From assembly GCA_963845345.1 (NCBI GenBank), contig CAWJRQ010000002.1:52443-116442 (forward strand): a DNA stretch of 64,000 bases, given 5' to 3'. The notes under the pieces were generated by a model. The model saw only the letters and a list, made by a program, of their open reading frames with translations, was not told the origin of the DNA and did not search any database. A program made the translations under genes and the position numbers. This DNA is from an uncultured Acidobacteriaceae bacterium. Its GTDB lineage: Bacteria > Acidobacteriota > Terriglobia > Terriglobales > Acidobacteriaceae. The number at the start of each line of letters is the position of its first letter. Within the stretch, counting starts at the first letter, position 1. Of this stretch, positions 9,219 to 23,324 are shown piece by piece.

Positions 9219-10001
9219 TCACGGCACAGGAACTGTCGGGGATTGCAGCTTTCCTGCTTCGATTAAGTCCCGCTCTTTTCCAAGATGGAGGAGACTATTT
9301 ACGAATAACCCAAAGATATAGAGCACGAAGTTCACGGCATGAAGTGCGAGGCCGAGATCTTGGAGACGCTCTTCGGTTCTAGGCACGACTGTAGTTTCGA
9401 GGGCCTGGTAAAAGGGCCGCACAGACGTTATCGTTCCATGAACGGCTTGATGCCCGTTGGCGTAGACAGTTAAAAAGAGAATCAGCATCAATTCGATACT
9501 GCTTTTCTTGTCCGAGTACTCGGCTCGTTGAGCAAGATTATTAATACTCCAAGTTGGGTCGGTATCTTTCCTGTTGGTTTTGGCTCTGGCCAAGGCTACG
9601 ACCTCATCAAGTTTCGTTTGCTCCTCTTGATTAGGGGGTACAGTAGTGTGTGGGCGCAATTTTGCGGAATGTTTATAAAGAGACTGTGTATCGAAGTGCT
9701 TGTAGCGGTCGATCTCCTGGTCGTCTGCAAACTGCAAATAGGCCGCATTTATAGCAACTTCAGCCATTGTTCGGCTAATGGAAAGAATCTCCTCGACGCA
9801 GACCTCCTCGGAAAGCATCAGCGCTGCTTTCGCCTGCTGCCTAAGTTTTAGCAGCGAAGAAAATAGGAGTAGCAGACGAATCGAAGGCTCTGATTTCGTC
9901 GCACCATCCTCGTATTCGGACAATAAAACACACAGGCACGCCTCTATCTGCATCCTCTCAGTTCTTACGTAGTCTTCTGGTTTCAAGTCTTTATCCTCCA
10001 C
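9219..10001 (-). CDS. DUF5677-like hypothetical protein, AT-richer
   Basis: All-alpha pattern: ISRTMAEVAINAAYL, W..NNL.QRAE, Y..GHQAVHG. Confidence 0.6.
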   Translation of the reverse strand: MEDKDLKPEDYVRTERMQIEACLCVLLSEYEDGATKSEPSIRLLLLFSSLLKLRQQAKAALMLSEEVCVEEILSISRTMAEVAINAAYLQFADDQEIDRYKHFDTQSLYKHSAKLRPHTTVPPNQEEQTKLDEVVALARAKTNRKDTDPTWSINNLAQRAEYSDKKSSIELMLILFLTVYANGHQAVHGTITSVRPFYQALETTVVPRTEERLQDLGLALHAVNFVLYIFGLFVNSLLHLGKERDLIEAGKLQSPTVPVP

Positions 10002-10255
10002 TTGAAGTTAACTGAGGCGTATTTCTTGGTGCAATGATTGTTGGCAATTCTACTGCCCTCGTCGAGGAGACAAAAAACACTAGACATGTCTTCAAGTTTA
10101 CCTTCATTTGAAGCGCAGCAAATTTTGTATATGAGCGAACCCAGGGTGCAGCGCCTTATCAGGTTCTGTGCGTTCAAGATTGTTGGTCAATTGCGAGCAG
10201 CTTCTCGCCTGCTGTGTCGTCCCGGCCCTCCGGCCTTATCCTCTATACAGCCCCC

Positions 10256-12059
10256 ATGTCCGACTTCGCCCAAACCGTCAAGCAGCAGGCCGACATCGTC
10301 AAGATCGTCGAGGGCTACATCCGCCTGCGCAAATCCGGCGCGCAGAACTACCAGGGCCTCTGCCCCTTCCACAAGGAAAAAACGCCCTCCTTCTCCGTCC
10401 ATGCGGTCCGCCAGTTCTACCACTGCTTCGGCTGCCAGGCTTCGGGCGACGTCTTTTCATTTTGTTGCCAAAATCGAGAACGTCCCCTTCCCCGAGGCGG
10501 TCCGCATCGTCGCCGGCAAGTGCGGCATTCCGCTGCCCAAGCGCGAGTTTTCCTCGCCGGAAGAGGCCGCCGGAGCGCGCCTGCGCGCCAAACTCCTGGA
10601 ACTGCACGAGACGGCGACACTTTGGTTTGAAGACCAGTTGCGCGGGCCGGAAGGCGCTCTGGCTCGCGAATACCTGGCCGGCCGCGGCCTCACTCCATGA
10701 GGGCATCAAGACCTTCCGCATCGGCTACGCGCCCGACAGCTTCAACGCCCTGCGCGACCGGCTCAGCGGCATGGCCGACAACGAAACCCTCCGCGCCAGC
10801 GGCCTTTTCAGCTTCCAAGGAGCAGGGCGACGGCTCGCAAGGCCCTATCTACGACCGCTTCCGCAAGCGCGTCATCTTTCCCATCTGCAACGAGAGCGGC
10901 CGCGTGATCGCCTTCACCGCGCGCACCCTCGAAACCGGAGACAAAGCCGGCGCAAAGTACATCAACTCGCCGGAGACGCCGCTCTATTCCAAGAGTCTCG
11001 TCCTCTTCAATCTCGACAAGGCCCGCAGCCGCCATTCGCCAGCTTGAGTTTGCCCTGCTCGTCGAGGGCCAGATGGACTGCATCTCCGTCTATCTGCGCG
11101 GCATTCAGAACGTCATCGCCACCAGCGGAACGGCCTTTACCGAGCAGCAGGTGGCGATCCTCAAGCGCCACACCTCGCAGGTCGTGGTCAACTTCGATCC
11201 CGACGCCGCCGGCTCCAATGCCGCGGAAAAATCCATCGCCCTGCTCACCGAGGAGGGCTTCAACATCAAGATCGTCACCCTCGACGGCGGCCTCGACCCC
11301 GACCGCTATATCCGCGAGCGCGGCGTGGAGGCCTACACGGCGGCGTTGCGCGGCGCGCGGCGGCAGGCCGATTACCTGATCGAGCGGGCGCAGCCATGCC
11401 TTTCCCGGAGCCAGCGCGGAGCAGAAGGTGAAGGCCATGAACTTCCTGCTGCCCCACATCCGCCGCATGCCGGAGAAGCTCGCCCGCGACCAGTTCGCCG
11501 CCGACGCCGCGCAAAAGCTGGGCATCGACTCGGCCGTCCTGCGCGAGGAACTGCGCCAGGCCGCGCTCCGCCGCCGCGACCACATCGAACGCGAAGGCCA
11601 CACGCTCACCGAAGTCGAGCGGGTCCTGCTCCGTGCCCTGGCCATCGACGATCCCGAGTTCGAGCGCTCCCGGCGTCTCGCCGCCCAGGCGCTCGCCGAG
11701 CAACCCTCCTGGTTTGAGCATCTTGGCGCATTCGCCGCCCTGCAGGCCTCGCCGCCCGCCAGGCCCGCGACCCCATGGACGTGGTCGAGGACGAGGCGCA
11801 GCGCGCCTTGCTGGCCGAGACGCTGCTGGCCGAAACCCGTCCCCCCGAGGAAACCGAGGTCCAGAGCGCCATCCAGGAGATTCACGAGCGCGCCATCGAG
11901 CGCCGCCAGCGCGACCTGCGCGCGCTCATCGCCGAGGCCGAGCGCCGCGGAGACCATGCCGAACTGGCTATGCTGACCCAGCAAAAGCTCGATCTGGACC
12001 GTGCCCTGCGCCAGTTGCACAATCCATGCCGCCATAGCGTGTCTACCGCGACCAACTAA
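10256..12059 (+). CDS. dnaG: DNA primase (several frameshifts)
   Basis: CHC2 zinc finger GLCPFHKEKTPSF..YHCFGC; DRFRKRVIFPI; KYINSPET; TOPRIM VEGQMD..FDPDAAG; directly upstream of rpoD. Confidence 0.93.
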
Positions 12060-12497
12060 ACGCCGTAAATCCTGCATCAAATATGCGTTTTCCCGCGTCC
12101 ATATAAAGGGAAGCAGAAGCGGAAATGTGCAATTTTGCTCATTTCGGCGGGTACGTTTACCAACAAGGCACCGAGGCGCAGACCCGTTTTTGCCTTGGAC
12201 TGGGTCAGGTAAGACGTGGTAATCTATTGATCTCTGTGCGGATGCGCGCCACTTTGCCCCAACCATGAGCTGCGGCTCGCGGGCGACCCAGGTGAAACCT
12301 GAAGCGCTTGTCATCCTGTTCCGAGCAAACTCCTGAATCCGCATCTTTTATGCGGGTAACCTCAAGTTCGTGTCCACATGCGCCGATTTCCGTTTTCCTT
12401 GGGAGTCGTTTTTCGCGCGCCCTGAACCGGACTCGGAACTCCGCACCGGCGCGCAACTCGGTGCTGAATCTGCTTTGCGCTAGAGAGTAGGAATATT

Positions 12498-14219
<1,722 letters not shown>

Positions 14220-14256
14220 TTCGGAAGCAATACATCCGCATCGTTGTTCTGCAAAA

Positions 14257-14292
14257 AAAGCCGCAATCCGTTATGGTTGCGGCTTTCTTCTT
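14257..14292 (+). terminator. intrinsic terminator after rpoD
   Basis: AAAGCCGCAA-loop-TTGCGGCTTT followed by CTTCTT. Confidence 0.75.
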
Positions 14293-14372
14293 ATCCAGAC
14301 TTGTTAGAGCAGTTTGCCTGTTGGTGCAGAGTTGATTTCCGATTGCTTACACAGTGCCGATGGGTCGCGAAT

Positions 14373-14444
14373 CTGTAGCGCCGGCCTCCAAACTGTAGCG
14401 CCGGCCTCCCGGCCGGCTGTTGCGTGGACCTCCTGGTCTACGCC
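14373..14444. repeat. REP-like element with 17-bp direct duplication
   Basis: CTGTAGCGCCGGCCTCC at 14373 and 14393, then GCCGGCCTCCCGGCCGGC and GCGTGGACC-TCCT-GGTCTACGC hairpins. Confidence 0.6.
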
Positions 14445-15064
14445 GCACTCTACACCATCTGTAAGTATGCTCTAATCTTCCACATAAACTGATCGATCTA
14501 CCACAAATCTGTCATCCTGAATGAAGGTCCACGGACTTCTTGACCATACGCATTGAGCAGTAAGCGCGCCATTGCAAAATCGAAAAGAGGCTCAAGACAG
14601 CCAGCGCTTCTCCCCGGGACGTGCTTCATTTGGTGCCGCTTAGGGACGAAAGGCCGGACTTTCTCTCACCTTCAAATGTACCGAAGTTGTACCGAGATTG
14701 CATTAAGGATGTCCCGTCGGCTTGGCGAACCAGGCGGCGAGGGCTTTTACGCGGCTGAACCGCCCCCCGCACGTCAGCTCGAGGTATCAGCCGAAAATAT
14801 ATTTCACATGGTTGTCGCTAAAAAGCATCATTTTTCCCACTATTAATATGGGGTCGTTTAAAGATTCATCAGATCACATCCTCTGAATTCGCTAACATCG
14901 CGCGAATTGGCATCTCGGCGGTACAAAAGCAGTGCATTTTGGGTGGGTCACCTTCTCGACCAGCTGCTAAACTGATTGCGAATTTCGCTCCAGGGTTGCG
15001 GCGTCATCTATTCGACTGCGGGCGGCTTTGTTGTGTGCTGTCTGCGCGGTGAAAGCGAGCCTTT

Positions 15065-15270
15065 ATGCCCTTGATGTTTCTCTTCTGCGTACGTAACGAC
15101 GATGAGAAGTTTGTTAGCAGGCTGTATGCCGATCTGACAAATGCCAGGGACGACCTGCGGTTCAACCGCGTCTCCAACTCGTTACGGCAGCTTATTCTTC
15201 ACCTGGAGATTCGAGATGCGATTGGGGCGCGCGATCGAGAGCTGCTAAGGGTCACTTCAGGAGGAAACAC
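15065..15270 (+). pseudogene. degenerate TIR-like domain fragment
   Basis: FL..VRNDDEKFVSRLYADL..(W)FNRVS...EIRDAIGARDR resembles the TIR_2 N-terminus. Confidence 0.5.
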
Positions 15271-15560
15271 ATGAGTTCACGAGTCCGCCCGGTTATTCGA
15301 GTCTTTGTCAGTTCTATCTTTAGTGACCTGAAGGAAGAGCGCAACGCTCTCCAGCGTGACGTTTTCCCGCGCCTGGAGCATTACTGCCTTGTGCGCGGTT
15401 TTCAGTTCCAGGCGATTGACCTGCGTTGGGGAGTTCCAGGAGAAGCCTGACGCGATCATCGCATCATGCGGATTTGTGTTGACGAACTGTGGCATGCACA
15501 GGAAATCTTGCCCGGCCACAATTTCCTGGTCCTGTTGGGTGGCCGCTATGACTGGCGTCA
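15271..15560 (+). pseudogene. truncated DUF4062 paralogue
   Basis: Manual translation MSSRVRPVIRVFVSSIFSDLKEERNALQRDVFPRLEHYC..FQAIDLRWGVPGEA*, then DHRIMRICVDEL..NFLVLLGGRYDW. Confidence 0.75.
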
Positions 15561-15590
15561 GACTGCACATTCGTGGGAAAGAGGATTCTA

Positions 15591-18500
15591 ATGGCAAACA
15601 CATGGAGGACAGTGCGCGTCTTTATCTCCTCGACGTTCCGAGATATGCAATCCGAGCGGGATCATCTTGTTCGCTTTGTGTTTCCGAGACTACGGCAGGA
15701 ACTGTTACAGCGGCGTATCCATCTCGTCGACGTTGACCTGCGCTGGGGCGTGACCTCGGACCAGGATGCGATGTCGGTCTGTCGCGAAGTCGTGGATGAA
15801 TGCCGGCCCCGGTTCCTATGCATGCTGGGTGGCCGGTATGGGTGGGTGCCTCCCGGTATGACCCGCTCCATCACGGCTGATGAGGTCTATTACGGTGTGT
15901 TGGACCGCGACCTCGCGAAACGCGGCTTTGCCTACTTTTACTTCCGCGATCCGTCAGCCACAGCGGCCATGGTCGAGATTGCACCGGGAGAGTTTCGCGA
16001 GCCGGCTGACAGCCACGGCGCTGTCGCCTTGGCCGAACTCAAGAATGCCCTCGTCGAGGCCGGTCTCCAACCGTTCATCTACCGGGCGCAGTGGGACGGC
16101 CAATCTCGCCGGCTGATCAGCCTGAAGGAGTTTGGCGACCGGGTCTGCGCGGATCTTAAGCAGAGCATCGACCAGGAGTTCGGACCTACGACCGGGGAGA
16201 AACCAGACGAGTTCACTGAGGAGAGCGCGGCGGTAGAGGCGTTCATCGAGGAGCGGGTCCAGCGCTTTGTGCTGGGCTGCCGTCAGCCGGTCTGGAACGA
16301 GCTTAGGCAGCACGCTGAGAGCACAGGCGGGAATGGCTATCTGTGCCTGACGGGCGCAGCGGGCAGCGGGAAGTCGGCGCTGCTGGGCAAGCTATACCAG
16401 GATTACCGGGTAGCCCACCCGCAGTACTTGGTGATTCCGCATTTCGTGGGGGCCAGTCCCGGCTCGACCGACGTGCGGCGGACCTTGCGGCGACTGTGCC
16501 ACGAGCTGGCGACCGGTGCCGGGCTGACGGCGGAGATACCTGAAGACCCGGAGAAGCTCCGGGGGGCGTTCGTCGATATCCTCCAGCAAGCAGCCGCCAA
16601 GAAGCGCGTCGTGATTCTCCTCGACGCCATCAACCAGTTCGATCCCACCACCCTGCTTGCCGGCTGGTCGTGGCTGCCCGAGGAGCTGCCGGCAACCGCG
16701 CGCATCATCCTCTCCACCCTGGGCGACCCTGCGCTGGAAAGCTTGTGGCAGCGGCATCAACCACCCCGGGCTGTGGAACTCCAGCCTCTCGACACACCAG
16801 ACCGCGAAGCCATCATCGGGGAATTCTTGCACCGGTACCGAAAGTCCATAACCGACGACCAACGCGCGGCGCTGGTGGCCAAAACCGACTCCGGCACCCC
16901 GTTGTACCTTCTTGTCGCCTTGGAGGAACTCCGCACGCTAGGCACGTACGAGGAGATCACCGACCGCATAGCGCAACTGCCGTCGAACACACAGGGGCTG
17001 TTCATCTGGGTCTTGAAGCGACTTGAGGATGACGACGGTTTCCGTGACACCTCCGGCCGGAAGATCGGCCTTGAACTGGTATCCCGGTTTGTCTCCATGC
17101 TGGACGCGAGTCGGCATGGCTTGAGTCGGCAGGAACTCGTGGAACTGCTCTCTCCCGGTGACGCGCAGGGCAATGTGGCAGCCCTCGTACAACTCCTGCG
17201 TCCCTACCTGATGCAACGCGGCGAACTGCTCGACTTCTACCACGGCCAGTTCCGACTCGCGTCGAGTGAGAAATACCTAGCGACCGAGGACACGCGCAAA
17301 GACACTCATGCAGCCCTGGCCCACTTTTTCGACGGGTTGGCGGATCCTAGTCGCAATAACAGCTTTGACGGTCCGACGAGGGCGCTAGAGGAACTTCCGT
17401 TTCACCTTGATGCAACCGGTGGAGATTCGCCGTCCATAGAGCGGCTGATTCAACTTGCACGGGCAAGCTTTGTACCCCTGATACTCGAAAGAACCCACGA
17501 TGTCTTGAGTGCACGGAGTACGTATCGGATCCTGTTCCGGGCGTGTTTCCAGCGAGACGATCTGTCTACTGCTTTGCACTTGGCGCGTTCTCAATCCGGG
17601 CTGGCTAAACTAGCCGAGTCGTTTCCACTAGACGCAATCGCTCCACTGCTCGGCTATCTTGGACCACAATCCCACCTGTGGCTAAAGATACGGTCGGACT
17701 TGTTGGCATGTTCTTCGGCGCAGGAACGCATCGAGCGTATCACAGCTCTTGCTCGGACCAGGCTTGATTCTTCGTTATATGCGTGGATGAGGGATCAATA
17801 TGAACGGGACGCCCGTAATGTGGACGAGCGTAGCAAGTGTGCGTTCTTGACGGCTCTTGGGAACAGCCAGGACGGCATCATTGATTTTCTTCTCGATCAA
17901 ACCGAAAGGTTGGGGGCAGCCCCGTCGTTCGTTGCGGTACTGATCACGCGATTCCGGCAGCTATGCAAGGGCACTACGGCAACCGAAGAGGTGCTGCTGG
18001 ACATGATAGCTGGATTCAGTGTGCGGGATGATGAGACTTGCGTTGCAGCTGCGGACGCATGGGCAAAGCATCCAGATCGGGACCTAGCGCGACGTGGTCT
18101 GCAGTCCCTAGTCGACCGATGTTCGACGGGGAAGGATGCGGAGTTTGGCTGTATCGTCACGGCGGCTCTTTCTCACGCCCTCTATGTGTGCGGCGATCGA
18201 AATAGTGCCGAGGACCTGGCAGCGCAAGCCTTGGAGAAGGCTCCTCCGGCAGAGGACTCTCCGTCATGCGATGCAGAACCTTCCTTTCACGAACGCTTGA
18301 ACTCTGCTCGCTTCATCGCAGCGTCCGTGGGTCTTATAACAGCCGCTGCTCCTTTCCCTCTACTATGGAGGATGCCTGCCAGGTTGCCCGCGGGATCGCC
18401 CAACGGGCAGATGTTGCCTACGAAGCAAAGCAGCGTCTTGAGGCCGAGAAGTTGGCCGGGTTTCTTCGTGCCACGCGTTGGATAACTTCACCGGACAATA

Positions 18501-21500
18501 GGCTTAATTGGATGGCCGAGGTGCTCGCCGATATGCGCAGGCTGGCTGACGAGGATATATCTGATATGTCACTTCGCCTCCTGTCTGCCTTTGGGGGCAA
18601 GGAACCCGGTCAGGCTTTGCTGGAGATTCTCGAGCCTGCGCTGATTGACCTATTGAAGGAGGTCCACTACATCTTGCGCGACCCCGAAAGCCTCGAACCT
18701 GCAACACTCTTGGTTGAGTCAATCGTAGGGATCCACCGGCAGCTTGCGCTTCATGAATCCGATATTTTCACTCTATGCAAGACGGTGTTCCCTGCGCTTT
18801 CGCGATCACCAAACCTCAGACTCGTATATCTTGCACTTAATTTACTCGTGTGTCTGGTTGACGAAGAAGATGTAATTTCGAACGAGGCGTTCGACCTACT
18901 CGAGGAGAACTTGCTCGTTGCAGTCCAAACGGCAGATCCGAACTCGCTCGTACTACTTCTCGGTGAGGTTTTCGACGAGGTGGAGACGAGGTGGTGTGGT
19001 AAGAGTTCGGAGGCTTATGCCTGCCTGTCAACAGTTCTACTCCGCGTAATAGGCAAAACAAGGCGGGGCAACCTTCTCGCTGCATTCACTCATCGCCTTG
19101 TGGGTTGGCAACGCCATTGCAACGAAGAACTCCAAGCCATAATCACGGTCATTTGGGGTGCCACCTTGCTAGCCCTTGACAGACAAACAGAGGCGGAACG
19201 TATGTTCCTGCAAGCCCGCTTGAGCGCTGGTGGCCCAAACGGGGAACAACTACCCACAGCGATGCGGCAATTGCTGGCACGCACACTACTCAAAGCCGGC
19301 GCGAAGGAACAGGCCGCTATACTTTTCCGCGCGGACACTGTCGGGCGAATCGACTTCACGGACTCGGAACTCGCGCTCGATTCACTGAAAACCATCGGAG
19401 GATGGTTGATGGCTAGTGGCGACGACGCCGCGCGGGTCATGCTCATAGACGCCGCGCGGCAATATCGGAGTGGACTACTCCAGGGCGCAGATACAGATGA
19501 GTTGTTGCTCAATGCATTCTTTGATCTCAGAGACCCAAGCCTCATTACTGAACTCGTGAGTATGGCTGAAGCGGAAACCTTCAAACAAGTGCGCGAAGAC
19601 GGACCTTCAGCTGCACGTTGGTACACCATGCTGGCATTGAGTGCATGCGGCTGTGTGAATGAAGCAGGTATGCTATGGCCGGACATTAATGATTGGCGTA
19701 TTCGGCGCGAGCTTTCCCACCTTCGATCAGAGGTAGTGACCGTTGCGTTATCGAACAGCCACGATCGAGATGCTACTACGAATCGCTGTTGCCAAGTAGC
19801 CGATTGTCTGGAGTGTATCGCGGAAATGAGTCCTCAAGAATCGTCCGGTGAGTACGAGACTAGCATAGGGTTTGAGCAACGCCGAAGTCACGCCGCGAAG
19901 ATCCAGGCTGAGGCAATCTGTATGGTCGTGAGGCTCGTGGGAGTACTGTCACCTGATCAGGTGCCGAACGTATTACACCTAGTTGTAAACGGAGTGGCAA
20001 GGCTCATGGACAGGCCCGGGCAAATCGAGGAGATACTTGATACCCTTAGTCGGGAGACGATTCCCGCTGATGCGGAACTGCTCGTCGTAGAGCCGATCGG
20101 AGAACTGATAAAGCTCTTCGGAGAGGGGGAGCATCCTCCTCCCAGGGATATCGCACCGTGGTTGGGCAGTATACTGAAGCCTTTGCTTGCACTCGTGCGA
20201 AGCGTGCGAGACCCAGTCAGGATGGCGCCTTTGCTGCAACGTATCATGGAGCGTGCGGCATTTCTTCCAGAATCAAGAACTGCTGCAGAACTACTTCTTG
20301 ATTGTGTCGAGATAGGACTAGTGCACTTGCAGGACTCCCGAGCCGCAGAACTGCTCCAGCTTGCGAGTAACCTCGCCGTGCACCTACCAGACTCGGAAGC
20401 GTCTCTTGGACTTCAGTCTGCCCTCGCCTGCTCAGCGGTCCGATCCGTCAAACGACATGCAACGGCGGCAACAATGCTTGGAATCGTACTCCGAATCAAG
20501 GAGATGTCTGTCGTTTCTGACAGAAAGGCTTTGGCTCTGGCGCGCTTAGCAAAAGCGCTTGCCGAAGCCGGCGACTTGGGCGGCATCTTCGAGGTAGTCG
20601 CAGAAATTCTCAGTAGTATGCCGGCTCCCGAGGCCACTAGAGAACGCGCCTTATGGTGCGAGTTTCTGTTGCAGGCTGGACGTCTTGCGCTACTCGCCAA
20701 GCCAGTCGCAGACCGAATGTACCACAATCTCGATGTGTTTTGCTCGAGCTACGCTGCTTTTGGGTTTTTAGGCGGCCTCCTGCGGGCGCTTGTCCCGGGC
20801 TGGAAGGGCCATATGCGTTCCGAGGCCGAGTACCTCGCAGCATGGGTTACACACATGCCCCTGGTGACAAACGAGGACTGGCGCGATTCTGCCTTCACTG
20901 TAATCCTTGAAGCTTTTGGCGATGCCGAGCCGGAAGAACGCATCCCCGCTCAGATTCACGTTGCTGAATTGTCGTTTGCGGCTCTCTCGAAAAATCCGCA
21001 CAATAGAGTGGCGCAACATTTGCTCCCGTTCGTCTCGGATTTAACGGTGGCTAAACGCATTGTTGAATTGCATATGGAAACGCTCCAGCCTCCAGATGGT
21101 GAAAAACAGGGCTCTCTAACGTCGTCAGAACGACTGTTGCAGTTACTGACTGACCAGGATCTGGATGTGTCAGTACTTGAAGCAGTCTATCTGCATCTTG
21201 AAAAGTGTCCAGAACCGCCCAAGACGTGGAACCGCTCTGCGCTGGCTGGGGCTGCCCTGAACTGCCGCCACCCTTTGCTTCGCCGACGTCTTCAAGCCTT
21301 ATTGGATTCTCGATACGACTCTGCGATCTTGAACGACCTCGAGGAGAATGACTTACTATACCTTGCTGATCGCCCTAAACAGTGGTGGATCAATCATTTC
21401 GCCGAGATCGAACCGGCAAGGGTTGAAAAGCAACTGCTTGTTAAGTGGACTGAGTATCATGTTAAACAGAACCCGTTGTCGTTGCAGCGCGCAGTAATAC

Positions 21501-21658
21501 TTGCGTTGCATTGGCTAAGCCAAGGAAGCCCTGCCGAGTTGTCTGATTTCTGGTTTGAGTTGGCGTTATCGCCTAACCTGACCTTTTCTCGGGCAATGCA
21601 GTTAACCTTGGGCGGAGTGCTGCATGCATCATTTGATTTTAACGGAGATATGACATGA
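15591..21658 (+). CDS. DUF4062 + NACHT (STAND NTPase) + long helical region; probably one ~2020-aa gene with an indel near 18350
   Basis: VRVFISSTFRDMQSERD..VDLRWGV..LGGRYG; Walker A GAAGSGKS; Walker B VVILLDAINQ; GTPLYL; LDFYHGQF; ORFs 15573..18485 and 18266..21658 overlap. Confidence 0.8.
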
Positions 21659-22377
21659 AAAGCATTGAGCAAGAGTGTGGTCTCTGCCGTAACCACGACG
21701 GCAGGTGTCTCGTATGCGACGGCACAGGCAGTATCGGGACGGAGACTCACAGAGGGCGGAGCATTGGCCGGGATATAACTGGCCGCCGTTTCAACGCTTT
21801 TCGGGCTGACGGCAGCGTGGTTTATAGCAGGGACTCGATTGTCGATGTACCCTGCAGTGTCTGTCAAGAAACTGGGCGCTGCCTGCGGTGCAGAGGCAAA
21901 GGTACGGTCGCGGTGCCCGCTGTGCCTTTGGCGATTCCGGGTGGTCCCGCAAACCGCTTGAAGCTCCAATTGCGAGAAGATCACTGGCAACACTTTCTCG
22001 ACAATCTCTGCAGAGAGAACCACATGGACCGTGGAAACGTTGCTGAGGATGGATCCCCTAAGATTCGCAGTTCTGTGGTAGCAGCTTTGGACGCTCTTGG
22101 TGACCGTGAAATTGAGGAACTCAGGCACTTTCTTGATCACACTTTCGGAAAGAAAGGCTGCGAATATAAGAATTACGTCACGCGGAAATCTCAGCGCAAT
22201 GTGAGCCGTGAAGAAGTCGAAGACTCACTGGCGAAGTTATGTGAACAGGGATTTGTGGAAATCGTCCAGCGCGAGGATTCCTCAGGACCGTTCGCGGCCA
22301 TAGAGCCGGGCAGCACTAAAGAGGCGCGCTTGTTAGCAATGGTGTTGTTGCACTTGGTGGAGCAGCAGGATATTTGA
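21655..22377 (+). CDS. zinc-finger protein with DnaJ-type CxxCxGxG repeats
   Basis: CGLC, CLVCDGTG, CSVCQETG, CLRCRGKG; ATGA overlap with the NACHT gene stop. Confidence 0.75.
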   Translation: MKSIEQECGLCRNHDGRCLVCDGTGSIGTETHRGRSIGRDITGRRFNAFRADGSVVYSRDSIVDVPCSVCQETGRCLRCRGKGTVAVPAVPLAIPGGPANRLKLQLREDHWQHFLDNLCRENHMDRGNVAEDGSPKIRSSVVAALDALGDREIEELRHFLDHTFGKKGCEYKNYVTRKSQRNVSREEVEDSLAKLCEQGFVEIVQREDSSGPFAAIEPGSTKEARLLAMVLLHLVEQQDI

Positions 22378-22394
22378 AACTGTAACTCGCCAAA

Positions 22395-22431
22395 ATACCG
22401 ATCTGTTACTGAATCAAGCAGATCGGTTATT
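22395..22431. terminator. hairpin ending the NACHT operon
   Basis: ACCGATCTG...CAGATCGGT inverted repeat about 20 bp after the stop. Confidence 0.45.
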
Positions 22432-22844
22432 CATCAGTTACGGCCGGTCCATGTGTATAACTGGTTGTATATTGTGCCTGCTGATGCTTCTATTTCTTCT
22501 GTCTGTCATATTCTTTTCCACTCGTCGCAACCTGAACAAGCCCCAATCGCCCTGTAACAACGCTCCGAATACAGCCTCGCTAAACCCAACGAAACACATG
22601 GCCGAATCTGCCCGATCCGGCCATTTCAGAAGGTGTCTGTGAATAGCATTGGCTGAAGTGCATCATTCCCCTGGCTTGCGCTGGCGATCCGAAACTTTGC
22701 AGATGACATGGTGCGGCGCAACATCATTGGGGCTGAGATTTCATAACCCAACCGACGATTGATGATCTCCAAGTTGCTGAGTTTCTATTTGTTCGCAGAT
22801 AAGTTCGGCTGCCCAACCAAGGGGAACGACTCAACTGGCAACTT

Positions 22845-23215
22845 TTACTCCGCATTCGTCCATGTGCGTATGGCCGCAAGAATAAAAGATATTAACCCGG
22901 TATATTTTGCGAGAAGATTCAGGATATTGGTTTGATATTCGTCATACCACATCATCGCGACGGCTGTCAGTTGACTGCTGGTTTCAGTCACTCCTGGAAT
23001 ATAGATTCCAGCTGGAACATGCATGACGATCCACACTTTCTGGCCGGCTCTCTGCGCAGCGGAAAGTTGCGTGTTGAGCCATGTGAGCTGCGCGCTGACC
23101 CCGCAGAATAATCTTCCAGAATCAGAGCAGCGCACATGATCGTATTCAGCCCGATCACCTTCAGTCGGCCGTCAAATAGATCGAGAGAGTAATATCCTCC
23201 CGCCAGAAAGGTATT
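22845..23215 (-). pseudogene. fragment of a second SMPDL3-like phosphoesterase
   Basis: GGYYS..LKVIGLNT, QLTWLNTQL..GQKVWIVMHVP..MMWY parallel the neighbouring gene; N-terminus absent. Confidence 0.65.
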
Positions 23216-23324
23216 CACAGGCCAAATCGCTTCTACTCTTTGTTCTTCACTGGAATTCAAGCGGATGCCAACTCCAGGAAGAACGCACAGGGAACAGAGA
23301 AAAAACGGCGTGCGCCGGCAAATG

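Noticed and set aside
12060-12497. ncRNA in the dnaG-rpoD spacer
   Set aside because: No recognisable family or strong stems; probably promoter and leader sequence.
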